Assembly: GCA_946965045.2 (NCBI GenBank)
Contig: OX337232.1
Location: 2,604,001-2,668,000 of the forward strand
Direction: 5' to 3'
Source of the DNA: Epithemia pelagica
Taxonomy: Eukaryota; Protista; Bacillariophyta
DNA: 64,000 nt
This document shows positions 23,301 through 32,263 of the stretch, one piece after another. The notes beneath the pieces were generated by a model. It did not search any database. It had not been told where the DNA came from and worked only from the letters and a program-made list of their open reading frames with translations. A program made the translations under genes and the position numbers. Numbering within the stretch: position 1 is the first letter of the stretch; each line of letters starts with the position of its first letter.

Positions 23301-25107
23301 GGGCACAGTCGTCGTAGTATTTACGACTGTTTTTGACAAAGGACCAACCATTGACATCGCAGACATAAGAAACGACCGAGTGCCCTTCCTGAACCCGAAG
23401 GATATCAAAGCCACAGACAAACTGTTTAAATACAATGACAATTCGACGGGCAATTTCTTTCTCTCGGAAGGTGAGAATGACAGGAAACCGCAATTCTTTG
23501 CCATCCGAGTTTCGCTCGACTTTGCCATCCACCGTGGGTGACTTTCGCGCTTCGGCGTGTCCATAGTCCGGTCCGACCGTGTACATTTTGACATCGGTAC
23601 CCTGTGTTTCAACAAACTCTTCGTAAATGTACGATCCATCGCGTCGTACTTCATTAATGTAGGGGTAGAATTCCGATGAGCGGTTCCCGACCTTGCGAAA
23701 GAGCTTTTTGCATCCTCCACCGGCCGAGGTGGGATAATAAATGGCAATGTTATGATCTTCGGCATTGACTGGCTTTTCCACAAAGGGTTTGTTAATGACA
23801 ACTCCATTGATTTCAATGTGGTCGTCAAACTCTTGAATCTCTTGCTCTCGTAGACCATTGCCATCTCCAGTACCAGTACTGACATAACCATCGCGAGACA
23901 AGTATACGTGACGGGGAACATCAATCCCCGACTCTTCCAACAAATCATAGACACGTCGCCGATCTTGCAAGGTTTCTTGCATTTCCAAATCATTCACGAT
24001 AAAAGGTTTGCGCAACTTGACATATTCCTTGGCCTTTGGTAGGGGATATCCCTTGGAAAAGAAGGCAATCAAGACATCGCAAATGGGCCATTCTTCCACC
24101 GGCCGGTTCAATATTAAATCATCGTCAAAAAAGACGACGCGGAACAAATTCTCATCCAGTCGACTCAGAATTTCAGCCATGGGTTTGGATCGTGCCTTTT
24201 TGTCCATGGCACAGATTCCCAATCGTATACGGTCACCATTTTCGACACCCCGATCTTCAGCGGCAGGAATATGGGGTGCATCCTTTTTCTTGAGAGCCTT
24301 TTTGTTGGGGAGTTCTGTATTGGAGGTTGCTACTGTCGTTGTCGTTGTTGCCGTGGAGGGTGGAAGCGACGCGTTGGTGGTCTCCCCACTTATGGTTCCA
24401 GTACTTGTGGTGGTGGTAGTAGTAGTGGTGACAAGAGGCGGAGAGGGCTGTTGGGGCAAGGGAAACTGGGCCGAATTCAGTGTTTTGGAAGGACTGTGAC
24501 CACTGGCCGAAGTCAAGGGGGAAAGATCTCCCGATCGGAATCCACCTCCACCACGTGAACTAGCATTCGTGTCGAGGGAATCTTGTCGCAACGAGAAGGG
24601 CTTGGGAAGAGGAATGGTTGGTGTTGGGTTACTTTCCAATGACTGTTGCGTCCGGGACGCATCGTCCTCTTGCCCAATCGGTTGGTCGAGCGAAATGTCC
24701 AAAGAAGAAGGCACGGGTAAAGATGCTTCGATCGTCGTTTCTTCCTTGGAGGAAACTTTGTCGTCCGCCATGGTCACGACCGATATGCTTGTCGTTGTGC
24801 TGGTTTCATTCCTGGTCGGGTTTTGAGTATTTGTAGAATCGGTTGTTTGTTCCATGGATTCCACTAGGGGAGGGTTGGGACTACTCCAACCGACATTCTT
24901 CGTCTTCTTCTTGTTGTCTTCCGATTCATCGAATCTCGTGGAAGGCTCGTCGGCGGCAGCCACCGATGGTGGTGCGGACTGTGATACCAATGAAGCCGGC
25001 GGCACCTGCTCCTCTCGAGATGCGGTGTCGTTCGCCATGGAATCGATCTTCTGGGAAGAATCGTTTGGGTTGTCATCCGTGGACGACACGGAGGAAGGTG
25101 TCGCCAT
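20386..25107 (-). CDS. VIP1: Inositol hexakisphosphate/diphosphoinositol-pentakisphosphate kinase (PPIP5K/VIP1)
   Basis: ATP-grasp kinase domain (GICAMDKKARSKPM, WPICDVLIAFFSKGYPL, FVEKPVNAEDHN, GHAEARKSP, CDVNGWSFVK) plus histidine-phosphatase-like domain (RHGDRTPKQK, LILKWGG, RHDLKI, RTRLYFTSESH). Start placed at MATPSS (25107); the frame is open further upstream. Confidence 0.93.
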   Translation of the reverse strand: MATPSSVSSTDDNPNDSSQKIDSMANDTASREEQVPPASLVSQSAPPSVAAADEPSTRFDESEDNKKKTKNVGWSSPNPPLVESMEQTTDSTNTQNPTRNETSTTTSISVVTMADDKVSSKEETTIEASLPVPSSLDISLDQPIGQEDDASRTQQSLESNPTPTIPLPKPFSLRQDSLDTNASSRGGGGFRSGDLSPLTSASGHSPSKTLNSAQFPLPQQPSPPLVTTTTTTTTSTGTISGETTNASLPPSTATTTTTVATSNTELPNKKALKKKDAPHIPAAEDRGVENGDRIRLGICAMDKKARSKPMAEILSRLDENLFRVVFFDDDLILNRPVEEWPICDVLIAFFSKGYPLPKAKEYVKLRKPFIVNDLEMQETLQDRRRVYDLLEESGIDVPRHVYLSRDGYVSTGTGDGNGLREQEIQEFDDHIEINGVVINKPFVEKPVNAEDHNIAIYYPTSAGGGCKKLFRKVGNRSSEFYPYINEVRRDGSYIYEEFVETQGTDVKMYTVGPDYGHAEARKSPTVDGKVERNSDGKELRFPVILTFREKEIARRIVIVFKQFVCGFDILRVQEGHSVVSYVCDVNGWSFVKNSRKYYDDCAQILSEHLLAKMKPSALTTFSTLDPLVTTSLNHLDDEIAESSDHPSAATNTTTTAARKYQNFLTRASRMLQGEPVSDDGGGTSATVDVDAQSQTSTMEHHPMQQQGTSPPRNNMGETGELLTSAAATLMEGALPVRTFPNNLTSEPASLVPSSTGSLNGKNSEGEDEDNDEIDFPRQRRSGSVSQESHQEELRCVLAIVRHGDRTPKQKLKVNMNEPHILEYFHKHCKDCMTDLKVKAKAPLTEFLQTVKTTLAELPPSPPVPQSDDPPTMQESNKNIRVQLAHMRDILERWKIHGLNRKLQIKPQEWEDLRDPDTGEMKRRCTKVQLILKWGGNLTKLGEKQAIALGHKHRHDLYPDAPGGGILRLHSTFRHDLKIKTSDEGRVMKTAAAFSKGLLELEGDLPPILVSLVHKEKGSMHMLDPTGNKEVKQDLDVCKDRITANLQKDIDISTASEEELYQLVGPKELTSLREAIQECGNPRKMLLQIHETMGELIGQLEEMLDQLGTGDERRIEGGEGLRGSTEDDVALSGVKLYKGETLLELTERWRFIYDRLYDTEKDEFDLSRIPDVHDNVRFDVLHNPHLGLTETLQKLYQYAKIMADCVVPQEYGTTLTEKRDVGVKICHSLLEKIKYDLNVARTDNKVEMRYMINMNYEADLPINTMGRRIRTRLYFTSESHLHTVLNVFRFAQCSSKGLLSDYGTAIVNATRELCYLTQIVMRVFEDNRRGLEDPRRFRVEILFSPGAAATPSHIDEDEREHDAARYGTERLQVIGREGLTCAEVEDFFEQAIMAGKSDDEDGYEVASTSTAAERLVRKGKGKKAKNVDISDVASVDGHVVPHPNMADAATITQESQGDSTAQNVGKEEASSQPASSGVNDGADNAVVVERTLTAPTTSTTVNGDDDGDRDDKSPDRKDNNPPDNAALIRQRLNERKYFWGTVAVASIVLGISCLVIAFDMANPGRRRRWPRRFP

Positions 25108-25422
25108 GGTGGGAATGATGATTCTTTTTCGATTGGTCTTTTTTGCAATTTCTGTTTGGGGCCGAAAATGTGTCAAACGCGCACGCAGGCTCGGCTCGTC
25201 GGTGCGCAAGCGCGGAAGGAGGAATGGGAAACGCTTTCGGGTCGCACTATGCCATTCGCGGGAGCCTGCGACTCGGAAGAACTTTGAACTATTCAGCGCG
25301 ATATACCATTGACGTTTAAAGTCGCCAACAGTATCCAAGAAGCGCATGGGATAGGTTGTTCGTGAATCAAACACGACAGCCGCCCCTTCGCCTTTTTGAT
25401 CTCCAAAATCCAACAACACAAG

Positions 25423-25586
25423 TGTTGAAATTGTGGCCCATATTTGGCAATGAACGACGAATGTGTGGAAACTACCATGGCTATGTGGCCGAATTTGGTG
25501 GGAGCTGTGTACGACTCCCATCTGTAAACCAAGGTAGATTTCTCTGCAATGAACGTATAATCTTTCTGATAAGCGAACTTTTAGCA
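25423..25586 (+). repeat. 5' LTR of copia element 1
   Basis: tgttgaaattgtggccc...gcgaacttttagca, 164 bp, identical by eye to 31904-32067. Confidence 0.95.
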
Positions 25587-25633
25587 GTTTATCAGACCCA
25601 TTCGTTCCGATTTTTCGAGTGAACTACATCACC

Positions 25634-27234
25634 ATGGTACTAACTGCTGCCCAGACGACGTCTTTCTTTCAAGATGCCGATCAAATGGGCATTCCCCAAG
25701 CAACGGTAACTCAACTTCAAGTTGAAGGAATTGGCACAATCCCTGACCTAGCTGATTTTGACAAGGAAACACTCCAGCAAGTGGCCGACAACTTACGGAA
25801 ACCGGGTGGCAGAGTTCCAGATCCGAACCCTGGGGCAGCTGCAGGAGCAACAATTCCGACACCACCATTCGTATTCGGCGCCAAGTCACAACACCGTCTA
25901 ACTGTGGCATGTGAATTGGTACGCTATTATAACACTGTTGGACGTGATCTGACCTCTGGGAACATGAAGTGGACCCATGTCATGAAGAACTTTGAAGCCC
26001 AATGGAAGGCATTGAAGGCACAAAAGGACTCAGATGATCCAGACGTCCCCAAAATCAGCAAGGCGCTACCTTTTATCAAGTGGACCGAAGCTTTCCAGGA
26101 CTACCTTCACTGTCTCATTGGAGTGAGAACCATTCCTTTGGCGTATGTGATTCAACAGGAGGTAGATGTACCTGTGGTTCCACCTACCCAAGCCAACAAC
26201 AAGCCACACTCGACAGTGTACGGCTCTATTGAAGTTGAGTTGGTGGCACGCGCATGTCATGACCATGAACTATACAGAGAAGACAATGCATCTGTATACT
26301 ATCACCTCGAGGAAGCAACTAGAGGAACGACGTATGCAGCGTCTATTAAACCTTATCAACGGAATAAGGATGGTCGAGGTGCATGGACGGCTTTGACAAG
26401 CCAGTATGCAGGACAAGACAAATGGGAGGCTGAGATCAAGCGCCAAGACGACCTGCTTCATACACGAGTATGGAAGGGACAAAACAGTTTCCCGTTAGAA
26501 GGGTTCATTGCGCAGCACAGAAATGCGTATGTCTCTATGCAGCAGTGTGCAGATTATGTTTCGTATCAACTGCCAAACGAACACACGCGTGTTGGATACT
26601 TACTTGAGGGGATTCAATGCTCTGATGCTGGACTACAAGCCGCAATGGCAAGTGTCCGCACTGATACTGACCCTGATGGATGCGTAACAGATTTGAGAAG
26701 GCCGCGGCACACCTTCTGCCCTACGATCCTGTGGCCAAGAAAAGAGCCGCCGCCACCAATAACAAGCGCAATGCCGCGCAAATCTCTTCTGTTGAGATCG
26801 ATGACACTACCGTGACAGCTGAAGCGAGCTCCACGACTGCTGCGAAGAAGCAGAGCATTGGGAAGACGGGGGTCCATCTCCGATACCATACTCCCAGTGA
26901 GTATGACAACCTGACCGATGAGCAGAAAGACGAACTGCGAGAATGGCGCAAAGCCAACCCTTCAAAGAAGAAGAACAACCAGAACGATAAGAAAGGGAAA
27001 AGCAACAAGTCTGTCAAACGGCAACTGGCCTCCGTCGTGGCCAAGGAACTTAAAAAGTTCGCAAAGAATGAAATTGAAGAAGAAAAGGAGACGACCGATT
27101 TGCAAGCGCAAATTGCAAGCATGGTTCAAAATGCTGTCAAGGAACAGTTAGCTCTCCCACCCGCACCACCAGCCGCTGCTCCCAAGAAACCATCCACCCT
27201 CCAGTCCATCCTCAAGCAGGCGAAGCTCTCGTGA
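25634..27234 (+). CDS. gag: Copia Gag, interrupted by a 1-nt frameshift at about 26680
   Basis: MVLTAAQ...KWTEAF...FPLEGFIAQHRNAY...HTRVGYLLEGI reads in one frame to DTDPDG; MRNRFEKAAAHLLPYDPV...GVHLRYHTPSEY continues in the next frame (GGA and ATG share A26680). No CCHC knuckle seen. Confidence 0.8.
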
Positions 27235-27246
27235 GGGCGTCCGGCC

Positions 27247-30200
27247 ATGTCCTCATCCTTGAGAGGAGGGATATTGCAGCCGGACAACACAAAACCATGG
27301 GACCCTGGAGAACACGGAAAACTCGAGCATGAATGCCAATGCAGGCAGCATGAGTCCATTGTTCCAAACCGATGCTTTGCGATTGTTGCCGCTGCATCAC
27401 TGGACAATGATAAGGAAATGCAGGACATGGATGGGGAGCATCGAACGGAGCTGGACAGCCATGCCAATATGCCTGTCGTCGGGCGGCATGGGTACATCAT
27501 AAGCAAACATGGGAGAAAGGTCGACGTTAGCCCTTTCACACCCCAATATAAATCAATGCAAGCGGAACTGGTAGACGCCATCGTCCGATATGATTGCCCG
27601 TATGCAGGGAAGCCATACCTTCTCGTCATCCAAAACGCTTTATGGGTTCAAGCAATGGAGAACAACTTGATTCCACCGTTTATTCTGAGAGAGGCAGGCA
27701 TCAAGGTTAACGAACGAGCGAAGATCCATACTGATGACCCGACCACAGATGATCATGCAATCATTTTCCCGTCCATAAGTTTCCGGATTCCTTTGAACCT
27801 TTGGGGAATATCCTCCTTCTTCCCGACCGTCAAGCCAACAGAAGATGACCTTGTTGCAGGACATGACGTATACGTCCTGACTCCGAGCCGTTGGAACCCA
27901 CACTCCGACGCTTATGAGACAAATGAGGCGAGCATGTTGGACTGGGAGGGCAACATTAAGGAAAAGAAGGACCAGTTGCGAATTGTCATTGACGATATCC
28001 CCAATCCGGAGGACGAAGCAGATTATCGTATCTCTTCCATGGAAGCACATGCAGTCGATCGAACATGTGCAGCACGGAACCATTGGAGGAACCATATGAC
28101 AGAGAGTCGCAACTCCGCTGCCATTGAGCCATATGATGAGGTCGGAGGTCACTTGTCTGACATCTCTTTGGTCCTTGTCGAACCAATGATGGCGCTGGAA
28201 TTGGAGGAAAGAATGGTCCATGGCAAAGAAGTTGCAGCCATTGGGGCCACAACCATCTGTGATGATAGCGATGGTGAGGACAAATGGGATGAACCCGACA
28301 GCGATGACGGCTCTGAGGGCGACGATGAGATGGATATCGATCTGAGCATGTTGGAGGACATTGACCTCGATGAGTTCTTCGTCTCGAGTATGCATGCTGG
28401 CAAGCCCCAAGGAATTGGAGCCAAACATCTCGCCAAAGTATGGAGAATCAGTCACGATGATGCCAAACGGACCTTGGCTGTGACATCCCAGCGCGGCAAA
28501 AGGCCCAAAGATCCAACTCTGTCTCAGAATTATGGAACAAACGACCGAATGCTCCGGTACCGACGAATAGAAGAATACTTCTACATGGACACCTTCTTTG
28601 CGACGAAGAAAGGAGGGAAGTCGTCTCGTGGCCACACATGTTGCCAACTGTTTGTCACCGACAAAGGCTTCATGCATGTGGTGCCAATGAAGAGGAAATC
28701 GGAAGTTTTGATGGCGGTGAAAATCTTTGCAAAAGAAATTGGGGCCCCTGATGCGTTGATATGTGACATGTCCAAGGAACAAACGAGTTCCGACATGAAA
28801 TTATTCCTCAACGACATCGGAACAACTCTTCGTGCGTTGGAAGAGGGCACGGCCTGGGCAAATAAAGCTGAGTTGTATATCAAGCTGATGAAGGAAGCGC
28901 TTTGCAAAGACATGCGCGAAGCGAACTCCCCGCTTCCGTTTTGGGACTACTGCCTAGAGAGGAGAGTCCGAATTTACAATCTCACGGCTCGAGATTACAT
29001 TACCGTTCGGGGGACGAATCCCTACACCGCAACGCTAGGTGTTGAGGGGGGTATTTCGAGTCTTGGACGATATCAGTGGTACGAATGGTGCTACTTCCGT
29101 GAGCACACAGCAAAGTTTCCCCACAACCAAGAAGTCCTAGGTCATATCCTTGGACCGGCCAAAGGTGAAGGAAATGAGATGGCACAATGGGTTCTAAAAG
29201 CAAATGGAAATGTGGTGCCGCGACGTTCTACCCGCCCACTACAAGAATCTGAAATCTACTGTGCCAGTGAGCAATCAAAGCGTGAGGCCTTCAACGCATT
29301 GATTGAGAGGAAGCATGGCACCTCCATACAACCACCACCTACCATTCCCGACGATGATGAAAAATTTTATGATCCGTATGAGGACGACGAACAACCTCAA
29401 TATACCACCCCGGATATAGAAGACACAGTCGACAACACGGGAAGACTCTTGAACCAATGTCCTGCCTACGACAGGATGATCAACGCTGAAGTGCAGACGC
29501 AGATCGGTGATGAGATCAGCAAGGGAGTGGTCAAGAGAAGAGCCATTGGGGCCGATGGGACAACGTCTGGCAAATATCATGACGACCCATACAGCAACTC
29601 AATCCTCTACGAAGTCGAGTTCTTGGATGGCCAAGTCAAGGACTATGCCGCCAATGTCATAGCCGAAAGCATGCTTGCCGAGGTTGACACAGATGGGAAA
29701 CACCTGCGACTGATGGAAGGGATAGTCGAATGGAAAAAGGACAAATCCCTGGCCGTATCCAAACGCGACAAATACGTCTATGACAGGCATGGTAAACGGA
29801 GGGCAAGGAAGACGACGAGAGGGTGGTGGCTGCTAGTCAAGTGGAAGGATGGATCCGAATCTTGGCAACGATTGGCAGATATGAGGGAATCATATCCTAT
29901 TGAGACGGCCGAGTTTGCCGTTGCACGAGGATTGGAAGATGAGCCCGCGTTTCAATGGTGGGCCAAGTCAACATTGCGGCGCAGGGACGCAATCATATCG
30001 GCACTGAAGACACGTGCACGACAGATCCGGCACAAGTATGGTATAGAGATACCTACAAGTGTGGAGCATGCGAAGGAGCTTGACAAGAGAAACGGCAATG
30101 ACTATTGGATGAAGGCTCTAGCCAAGGAGATGTTCAATGTTGGAGTCGCCTTCGAAATCCTAGCCGAAGGAGAAAAGGCACCCCATGGTTGGCACCTGGT

Positions 30201-31767
30201 AACCGGACATCTAGTCTGGGACGTGAAGATGGACTTCACCAGGAAGGCCAGGTGGGTCCTCGATGGGCACAAGACACCGGATCCAGAGGGATCAACGTTT
30301 GCCGGTGTGGTGTCTAGAGAAAGCGTACGCATCGCTTTCACGTACGCCGCTCTGAATGGGCTTGATGTCTTCGCCGCTGACATCAGAAATGCGTACCTCC
30401 AGGCGCCATCCTCAAGAAAGGATTATATTATATGTGGTCCTGAGTTTGGAATTGAGAACGTGGGCAAGGTTGCACTCGTTCATCGCGCGCTATATGGAGG
30501 GAAGACGGCGGGAAAGGATTTTCGGAACCATCTCAGATCTTGTATGAGTCATCTCGGTTTCAAGTCATGCCCTGCGGATCCAGACGTCTGGATGAGGCCG
30601 GCAGAAAAGTCTGATGGATCACCGTACTATGAGTATGTATTGCTCTATGTAGACGACGCCTTGGCCATCGGGGAGAGAGCGGAGAAGATCCTCCGGGAGG
30701 AAATCGGCCGATACTTTGAGTTGAAAGAGGAGTCGGTGGGCCCTCCAAGTCTGTATCTCGGTGGAAGAGTTCGGAAGGTTGTGCTGGAGAATGGGGCTGA
30801 AGCATGGGCCTTCAGTTCTTCGCAATACGTCCAAGCCGCCGTAAAGTATGTGGAAGATCATCTGTCCAAGGACGAGAATAAAAGGTGGTCTCTACCATGC
30901 AAAGCAGACACGCCGATGAAGGCCAACTATAGAGCAGAACTGGATGTCTCAGCGGAGTTGTCACCAGGAGACGCCTCGTACTATCAATCCTTGATTGGAG
31001 TTTTGCGTTGGATTGTCGAGTTAGGCAGAGTCGACATCTGCCTTGAGGTATCAGTGTTGTCGTCCCATCTCGCCCTACCGAGGGAGGGACATATGCAACA
31101 AGTCCTGCAGGTATTCGCATATCTCAAGAAATACCACAACGCAGAGCTTGTGTATGATCCAAGTGATCCTATCGTCGATGAAGCAGATTTTGAACGAAGA
31201 GATTGGACTGCCTCAGAGTTTGGCCATATCGATGGCAAGGAGGAGCTTCCACCCAACATGCCGGAGCCTCGAGGATTGGGGTTTGTGATTCGCGCCAAAG
31301 TCGATGCGGATCATGCTTCCGACACGGTATCGAGACGATCTCGAACGGGTTTGCTCGTCTATCTGAATTCGGCATTGACATATTGGTGGAGCAAAACGCA
31401 AACATCAATCGAATCGTCATCCTTTGGATCGGAATTCATTGCTATGAAGCAGTGTTGCGAATACCTACGAGGGTTACGGTACAAGCTAAGGATGCTTGGA
31501 ATACCGTGTGACGGTCCAAGCCTTATCTACGGAGATAATCAGTCAGTGTTGGCGAACACTACAATACCAGACTCGGCGCTAAAGAAGAAGAGCCAGTCTA
31601 TTGCATACCATTTTGTGCGGGAGGGTGTGGCAAGGGACGAGTGGAGAACGACCTACATAAACACTCACGATAACGAGGCGGACTTGTTGACCAAGGTTCT
31701 GCCAAATGGAGAGAAGAGGCGTGGGTTTGTTTGGAACTTGCTTCACCACATCTTTGGCACAGAGTGA
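27247..31767 (+). CDS. pol: Copia Pol (protease, integrase, RT, RNase H)
   Basis: Protease TELDSHAN; integrase YMDTFF / ICDMSKEQ / NKAELY; RT ADIRNAYL and YVDD; RNase H VDADHA, SEFIAM, YGDN, NEADLLTK. Confidence 0.94.
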   Translation: MSSSLRGGILQPDNTKPWDPGEHGKLEHECQCRQHESIVPNRCFAIVAAASLDNDKEMQDMDGEHRTELDSHANMPVVGRHGYIISKHGRKVDVSPFTPQYKSMQAELVDAIVRYDCPYAGKPYLLVIQNALWVQAMENNLIPPFILREAGIKVNERAKIHTDDPTTDDHAIIFPSISFRIPLNLWGISSFFPTVKPTEDDLVAGHDVYVLTPSRWNPHSDAYETNEASMLDWEGNIKEKKDQLRIVIDDIPNPEDEADYRISSMEAHAVDRTCAARNHWRNHMTESRNSAAIEPYDEVGGHLSDISLVLVEPMMALELEERMVHGKEVAAIGATTICDDSDGEDKWDEPDSDDGSEGDDEMDIDLSMLEDIDLDEFFVSSMHAGKPQGIGAKHLAKVWRISHDDAKRTLAVTSQRGKRPKDPTLSQNYGTNDRMLRYRRIEEYFYMDTFFATKKGGKSSRGHTCCQLFVTDKGFMHVVPMKRKSEVLMAVKIFAKEIGAPDALICDMSKEQTSSDMKLFLNDIGTTLRALEEGTAWANKAELYIKLMKEALCKDMREANSPLPFWDYCLERRVRIYNLTARDYITVRGTNPYTATLGVEGGISSLGRYQWYEWCYFREHTAKFPHNQEVLGHILGPAKGEGNEMAQWVLKANGNVVPRRSTRPLQESEIYCASEQSKREAFNALIERKHGTSIQPPPTIPDDDEKFYDPYEDDEQPQYTTPDIEDTVDNTGRLLNQCPAYDRMINAEVQTQIGDEISKGVVKRRAIGADGTTSGKYHDDPYSNSILYEVEFLDGQVKDYAANVIAESMLAEVDTDGKHLRLMEGIVEWKKDKSLAVSKRDKYVYDRHGKRRARKTTRGWWLLVKWKDGSESWQRLADMRESYPIETAEFAVARGLEDEPAFQWWAKSTLRRRDAIISALKTRARQIRHKYGIEIPTSVEHAKELDKRNGNDYWMKALAKEMFNVGVAFEILAEGEKAPHGWHLVTGHLVWDVKMDFTRKARWVLDGHKTPDPEGSTFAGVVSRESVRIAFTYAALNGLDVFAADIRNAYLQAPSSRKDYIICGPEFGIENVGKVALVHRALYGGKTAGKDFRNHLRSCMSHLGFKSCPADPDVWMRPAEKSDGSPYYEYVLLYVDDALAIGERAEKILREEIGRYFELKEESVGPPSLYLGGRVRKVVLENGAEAWAFSSSQYVQAAVKYVEDHLSKDENKRWSLPCKADTPMKANYRAELDVSAELSPGDASYYQSLIGVLRWIVELGRVDICLEVSVLSSHLALPREGHMQQVLQVFAYLKKYHNAELVYDPSDPIVDEADFERRDWTASEFGHIDGKEELPPNMPEPRGLGFVIRAKVDADHASDTVSRRSRTGLLVYLNSALTYWWSKTQTSIESSSFGSEFIAMKQCCEYLRGLRYKLRMLGIPCDGPSLIYGDNQSVLANTTIPDSALKKKSQSIAYHFVREGVARDEWRTTYINTHDNEADLLTKVLPNGEKRRGFVWNLLHHIFGTE

Positions 31768-31903
31768 ATGATAATTGGATTATGCATGAGCGGAACCACT
31801 TGGTTGGACGGAGGTGGAGGTAGCATGATGCGAACCACCTAGGATAAATCAAGGACCACGATGACAAACCAACATTGCAGCGGCAAGGTTGATTTGAGAG
31901 GAG

Positions 31904-32067
31904 TGTTGAAATTGTGGCCCATATTTGGCAATGAACGACGAATGTGTGGAAACTACCATGGCTATGTGGCCGAATTTGGTGGGAGCTGTGTACGACTCCC
32001 ATCTGTAAACCAAGGTAGATTTCTCTGCAATGAACGTATAATCTTTCTGATAAGCGAACTTTTAGCA
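31904..32067 (+). repeat. 3' LTR of copia element 1
   Basis: Identical to 25423-25586 and preceded by the polypurine tract. Confidence 0.95.
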
Positions 32068-32263
32068 CAAGAAAACAAAAAAACAGCATCTTTTGGGAGC
32101 GACGCACTCTTTTCAATTTTTTTATTTCAGACCGAATCAATCCGTTGCGTGACAAAACGACGACGACAAGTTCATGTTGTTCTGCTCCTTCTTGTTTTGT
32201 CCACCCAACCATCTCGAACAAGGCTCCAACAAGAAGAAGAACGTGTTTATCGACTACCCTCCA

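Larger units (their letters stand above)
25423..32067 (+). mobile_element. Complete Ty1/copia LTR retrotransposon (CoDi-like), recent insertion
   Basis: Identical 164-bp LTRs (TG...CA); TSD CAAG at 25419-25422 and 32068-32071 (ACAAG if the terminal A is counted); purine tract GAGAGGAG at 31896-31903; gag followed by PR-IN-RT-RH order. Confidence 0.96.
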
